From Acidobacteriota bacterium (GTDB lineage Bacteria > Acidobacteriota > UBA6911 > RPQK01 > JAJDTT01), in the NCBI GenBank assembly GCA_965217775.1, contig CBDCJH010000002.1, positions 2,880,001-2,944,000 of the forward strand: a stretch of DNA of 64,000 nt, in the 5' to 3' direction. How positions within the stretch are numbered: position 1 is the stretch's first letter; every line of letters starts with the position of its first letter. Both the position numbers and the translations under genes were made by a program. Below are positions 60,057 to 64,000 of the stretch, piece after piece. The notes under the pieces were generated by a model. It was not told the DNA's origin and did no database searches. It saw nothing but the letters and a program-made list of their open reading frames with translations.

Positions 60057-60736
60057 CAGGAATCACTCGGAACTGCTTCCGTCAACTGGTCTCTTGTGCC
60101 CTGCCTCTCCTCCAACTCGTTGAACGTCTCCAACAGCATGGAAGAACTGGTCTCCATGTCCAGACCCAGGATTGAGACCCGGTTGCTGAAGTAGTTGAAT
60201 GCGGCCTGGACCGGGAGGGCGACGATGAGACCCGTCGCCGTGGTCACCAGAGCCTCGGCGATGCCTCCTGCCACCGCCTGCGGGTTCCCGAGACCGACCT
60301 CCGCCAACGCCTCAAACGACGCGATCATACCGGTGACGGTTCCCAGGAATCCGAACAATGGAGCAATGTTGGCCACCGTTCCCAGGATCCAGAGCCCCTT
60401 TTCCAGATTGGAAACCTCGTGGAGAGCCACGCTCTCCATTGCCTTCTCGATCTCGTAGTGCGGCTTTCCGTACCGGAGCAGACCCGACTTCAGAGTGCTG
60501 GCGACGGGGTGAGTATAGGACTCGCAAACCTCCAGGGAGCGGCGAAGATCCCCATCGAGCAATGCCTGGCGGACTGAGGAAAAGATGTCCGCCGTGGTTC
60601 CTTGAACCCGGTAGTACGTGATCATCCGTTCGATGATAAATACCAACGCGAGTATCGAACAGAGAAGGAGGGCGTACATCATGGGACCGCCCTGCTGGAA
60701 ATAACTCCACAGGGTCCCCCCGATCACTACTACCAC
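60056..60736 (-). CDS. exbB: MotA/TolQ/ExbB proton channel protein
   Basis: GGPMM, APLFGFLGTVTGMI, GIAEALVTTATGL. Confidence 0.9.
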   Translation of the reverse strand: MVVVIGGTLWSYFQQGGPMMYALLLCSILALVFIIERMITYYRVQGTTADIFSSVRQALLDGDLRRSLEVCESYTHPVASTLKSGLLRYGKPHYEIEKAMESVALHEVSNLEKGLWILGTVANIAPLFGFLGTVTGMIASFEALAEVGLGNPQAVAGGIAEALVTTATGLIVALPVQAAFNYFSNRVSILGLDMETSSSMLLETFNELEERQGTRDQLTEAVPSDS

Positions 60737-60904
60737 TGTCCTGTCCTCCTATTTTCCGACCAACAAAATGATGTGCTGAGTAAATTAGACTGCAAAAGTC
60801 GGTGGAAGTATCAATCCAGCTCGAAGAGCCTGGCATCCGACCCCGTGGCATTCGTAAGGAGAAGTCATGATAGCCCCGCCTCGCCGGGCAAGTCAAACCG
60901 GCAC

Positions 60905-61042
60905 CTGGCCCGCATTTCTCACCAGGGGGCGTGACGAGCGCGCAGTCTGTCCCGGAGAAACCTTGGCAAATTCCGCGTAAATACTCAAAAACAGATTATT
61001 TTTCATCATACGCGTAGCGACCTGGTGAGAAATGCGGGCTAG
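60905..61042 (+). mobile_element. MITE family B, short copy (130-bp core)
   Basis: TIRs GCCCGCATTTCTCACCAGG / CCTGGTGAGAAATGCGGGC; flanks CTGG/CTAG. Confidence 0.88.
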
Positions 61043-61135
61043 GGTCACCGTGGGTGCCCGCTGTCGCCCGTCACTGATCGGCCCGGGGAGGGTGACCACA
61101 AGGGGAGGGCGACCACGCACAAGGGTCGCCCCGAC
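61040..61135. repeat. Inverted REP-like doublet (REPIN-like)
   Basis: Left half homologous to 43494-43557; right half reads GTCG-GGGCGACC-CTTGTGCGT-GGTCGCCC on the minus strand. Confidence 0.65.
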
Positions 61136-61162
61136 GTGGGGAGTAGTACGGATCTGAAGAAT

Positions 61163-62550
61163 TCAGGAGGGGATTTTGACCTGCAGACGTTTCAATTTGG
61201 CATTGAGGGTGGTCGGTTTGACCTTGAGAAGACTGGCGGCCTTCCTCTGGTTCCAATTGGCCCGTTCCAGCGCCAACAGAATCAGATTTCGCTCAAATTC
61301 AAGCACCAGTTCCCTGAGGGAACCGTTCTGGGATTGCGCCGGAATTCCATCCAGCCGGCCCGAGGTCGAATCCAGGATTTCCTGGGGAAGCAGATCGGAT
61401 CGGATGCTTCTGCTGGTCCCCGAAAGAACCACTGCGCGTTCGATGGCGTTCTCCAATTCCCTGACGTTTCCGGGCCAGTCGTAGTTCATCAAGACCCTGA
61501 GCGCTTCCTGGTCGATGGAATTCAACGTCTTTCCGTTCTCGCGGCTGAAGCGGGTCAGGAAATGGTGGGCCAGCAGAGGGATATCATCCTTCCGATCGCG
61601 CAACGGCGCCACGTCCAGAGTGATGACCTTGAGACGGTAGTAGAGGTCCTCGCGGAATCGGCCATCCCTGACCGCCCGCTTCAGGTCCACGTTGGTGGCG
61701 GCCACGATTCTCACGTCGACCTTGATGTTCCGTACGCACCCACCGGACGGAATTCCCTCTCCTGTAGAACCCGCAACAGCTTGGCCTGGGTCTGCACCGG
61801 GACGGTACCGATCTCGTCCAGGAAAATGGTGCCCCCATGAGCGATTTCGAACAGTCCCTTCTTGGTGGCCGTGGCCCCGGTAAATGCCCCCCTCACGTGG
61901 CCGAAGAGCTCACTTTCCAAGAGGTCGGAGGGAATCGAGCCGCTGTTGACCGGGACGAAGGACCGGTCGCGCCGGGGACTCAGTTTGTGAATGGCCTTGG
62001 CGACCAGTTCCTTTCCGGTACCGCTCTCTCCCATGATCAGAATCGTACTTCGGCCCGGACCTACCTGGGTAATGAGGTCCGTGACCCGACGGATCGGTTC
62101 GCTCTTACCGACGATGTTCTGGAAGTGACCCTGGCGGTGGTGGAGACTGGACTTGAGCTGGCGATTCTCCAATTCGAGGCGGCGCTGCCGGATGCCGTTC
62201 TTGATGACCAACAGCAACTCTTCGTTGCGAAACGGTTTGGTCACGAAGTCGAACGCTCCCAGCCGGGTCGCCTGCACTGCGTTCTCGATGGACGCATAGG
62301 CCGTGACCATGATGACGGCCAGGTCAGGATCCAGGTCGAGGATCTTCTCCAACGTCTCGAGACCGCCGATGCCCGGCAGCATCAGGTCCAGGAGCACCAG
62401 GTCCACCGGTTCCCGTCGAATCAGCTCGAGCCCCTCCTCTCCCGAGGAAGCGAGGAGAACCCGGTGGCCGCCGCCGGCGACGACTCGCGAGAAGACCTCT
62501 CGCATGATCTCTTCGTCGTCGATGATCAATACCGAAGACCGCGATGTCAT
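61163..62550 (-). pseudogene. NtrC-type sigma54 response regulator split by a 1-bp deletion (or a sequencing error)
   Basis: Receiver (IIDDE, LLDL, TKPF), GESGTGKE, GAFTGA and FLDEI in one frame; RIVAATN, REDLYYRL, WPGNVRELEN and Fis-type HTH in the next frame; junction near 61737. Confidence 0.85.
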
Positions 62551-64000
62551 TGGACCCGTTCCACGGGCAGACGGACTGTAAACGTGCTTCCCTCCCCCAC
62601 CCGGCTTCGCGCCCGAATTCGACCCTCGTGCTCCTGAACGATTCCGTAACAGACCGAGAGCCCCAGGCCGGTCCCCTTCCCCACGTCCTTGGTGGTGAAG
62701 AAGGGATCGTAGATCCGGTGGAGAACGTCGCCAGGAATGCCCTTTCCACTGTCTTCCACCTCCACCACGAGACCGGAATCCCTGTGGTAGGTGCGGACCG
62801 TGATGCTCCCTCCGTCCGGCATGGCGTCCTTGGCGTTCATCAGCAAGTTGACGAAAACCTGCTGCAGCTTGCCCTCATGGCCCCGGGTGCGGGGCAGAGC
62901 GGGATCGAGATGGAGACTGACCTCCACTCCTTGGCTCCAGAGTTGATGCTCCAGGAGGGACACCGTCTCCAACATCAGGGAATTGACGTTGACTTCACGG
63001 AAATCGCCGTCCCGGACACGCGCAAAGTTGACCAGGTTGTTGACGATCCGCGAGGCTCGAAAGCTCTGCTTTTCGATCTTCTCCAAGAGGTCGCGCCGGG
63101 AGTCGGAAGCAGGAGTCGCATCCAGCAGCAACTGCGCGTAGCTCGAGATCCCGGCCAGAGGCGTATTGACCTCATGCGCCACCCCCGCCGCCAGGAGGCC
63201 GATGGAGGTGAGCTTCTCGGCCTGCACCAGTTGGTCCTCCAACTGCGCCTTCTCCGTCACGTCGTCGAAGAGCAGAAGAGTTCCGGTGAGTACGTCATCC
63301 TGGGCCACGAAGGGCGAGAGGTGAATACTCACGAGGCGATCCTCGCCCGACCAGGACTTGAGACGCGTCTTGTCCAGGCGTGTCACCTCCGGAATCCGCC
63401 AGCGAGAGCCGCCCAGTGCTTCCTTGACGGATTGGAGCAGGTCCGGGGGAAAGACGTCGTCGATACTCCGGCCGACCGCAGCGCTCGCCTCCAGGCCGTA
63501 GAAAGACTCCATGAACGAGTTCCAGACTCGGACGGCGCCTTCCGAATCGACCACCACGACTCCCGCCGTAATGCTCCGGATCACGCTTTCGTTGTAGCTC
63601 TTGAGCCTCTGAAGCTCGCCCGCCTTGGTTTCCAACGACCGGTAGAGCACCGCGTTGTCCATGGCAGTTGCCACATAACCGGCAAGCGCGGCGAGCAACT
63701 CCATATCCTCGCTGTTCAAGACGTCGCCGTTGGCCCGATCCCCCAGACCCAGCAGACCGATGACGCGGCCATGGGTCTCGAGGGGTTGAAGATACCGAAT
63801 TCCCAAGGCCGACAGTCGGGTCTGGTGACGCGTCTCCTCATCCCAGCCGCCGAAACCCGGCGCCAACCGCACCGCCCGGCCGTCGCCGCGGCCCCAAGGT
63901 GGAGCCGGCACCAAAATCGGACTGTCCTGGTCAAGCCGGCCGTTCACACCGAGGGCGTGGTAGAGAAAGAATCGACCGGGCCGTTCCGGAGAGCGGAGAA
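62547..64000 (-). CDS. Sensor histidine kinase (GAF-PAS-HisKA-HATPase), 5' part outside the window
   Basis: AAGVAHEVNTPL, QVFVNLLMNA, DSGKGI, PFFTTK, GTGLGL; frame stays open to the window edge. Confidence 0.93.
   Translation of the reverse strand, partial: LRSPERPGRFFLYHALGVNGRLDQDSPILVPAPPWGRGDGRAVRLAPGFGGWDEETRHQTRLSALGIRYLQPLETHGRVIGLLGLGDRANGDVLNSEDMELLAALAGYVATAMDNAVLYRSLETKAGELQRLKSYNESVIRSITAGVVVVDSEGAVRVWNSFMESFYGLEASAAVGRSIDDVFPPDLLQSVKEALGGSRWRIPEVTRLDKTRLKSWSGEDRLVSIHLSPFVAQDDVLTGTLLLFDDVTEKAQLEDQLVQAEKLTSIGLLAAGVAHEVNTPLAGISSYAQLLLDATPASDSRRDLLEKIEKQSFRASRIVNNLVNFARVRDGDFREVNVNSLMLETVSLLEHQLWSQGVEVSLHLDPALPRTRGHEGKLQQVFVNLLMNAKDAMPDGGSITVRTYHRDSGLVVEVEDSGKGIPGDVLHRIYDPFFTTKDVGKGTGLGLSVCYGIVQEHEGRIRARSRVGEGSTFTVRLPVERVQ

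Overview
GC-rich bacterial chromosomal window, most likely Acidobacteriota (Acidobacteria-type Hfq-like protein and gene neighbourhoods) and probably a marine-sponge symbiont, because it carries a SupA-type polyketide synthase; both assignments are inferences. Most of it is housekeeping: rimP-nusA-infB-DUF503-nrnA-truB-cobB, M16 peptidases and a Pal-like lipoprotein, pcrA/uvrD, an HtrA protease, hrcA-grpE-dnaJ, nrdJ, yggS, tmk-holB-PSP1, pepA-smpB, rmlB/rmlA with glycosyltransferases, gpmI-eno, exbB-exbD-exbD and a sigma54 two-component pair. Four things stand out. (1) A 158-bp rod-hairpin MITE family (family A, 6 copies, 4-bp target duplication) has no stop trinucleotide on its top strand and adds 162 nt per insertion. 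It sits in frame twice in the 3541-aa PKS and once in a PPTase remnant, and it has rewritten the C-terminus of RmlA. (2) A second CTAG-targeting MITE family (B, 3 copies) has short copies that lost exactly 110 bp at different breakpoints, and its apical hairpin motif resembles that of family A and of a structured spacer located where rbfA usually is. (3) A partly decayed sup PKS cluster lies between grpE and dnaJ, with no dnaK. (4) A ParB-like gene is paired with a spore-photoproduct-lyase-like radical SAM gene. No tRNA, rRNA, CRISPR array or transposase was recognised. All calls are by eye, without database searches.
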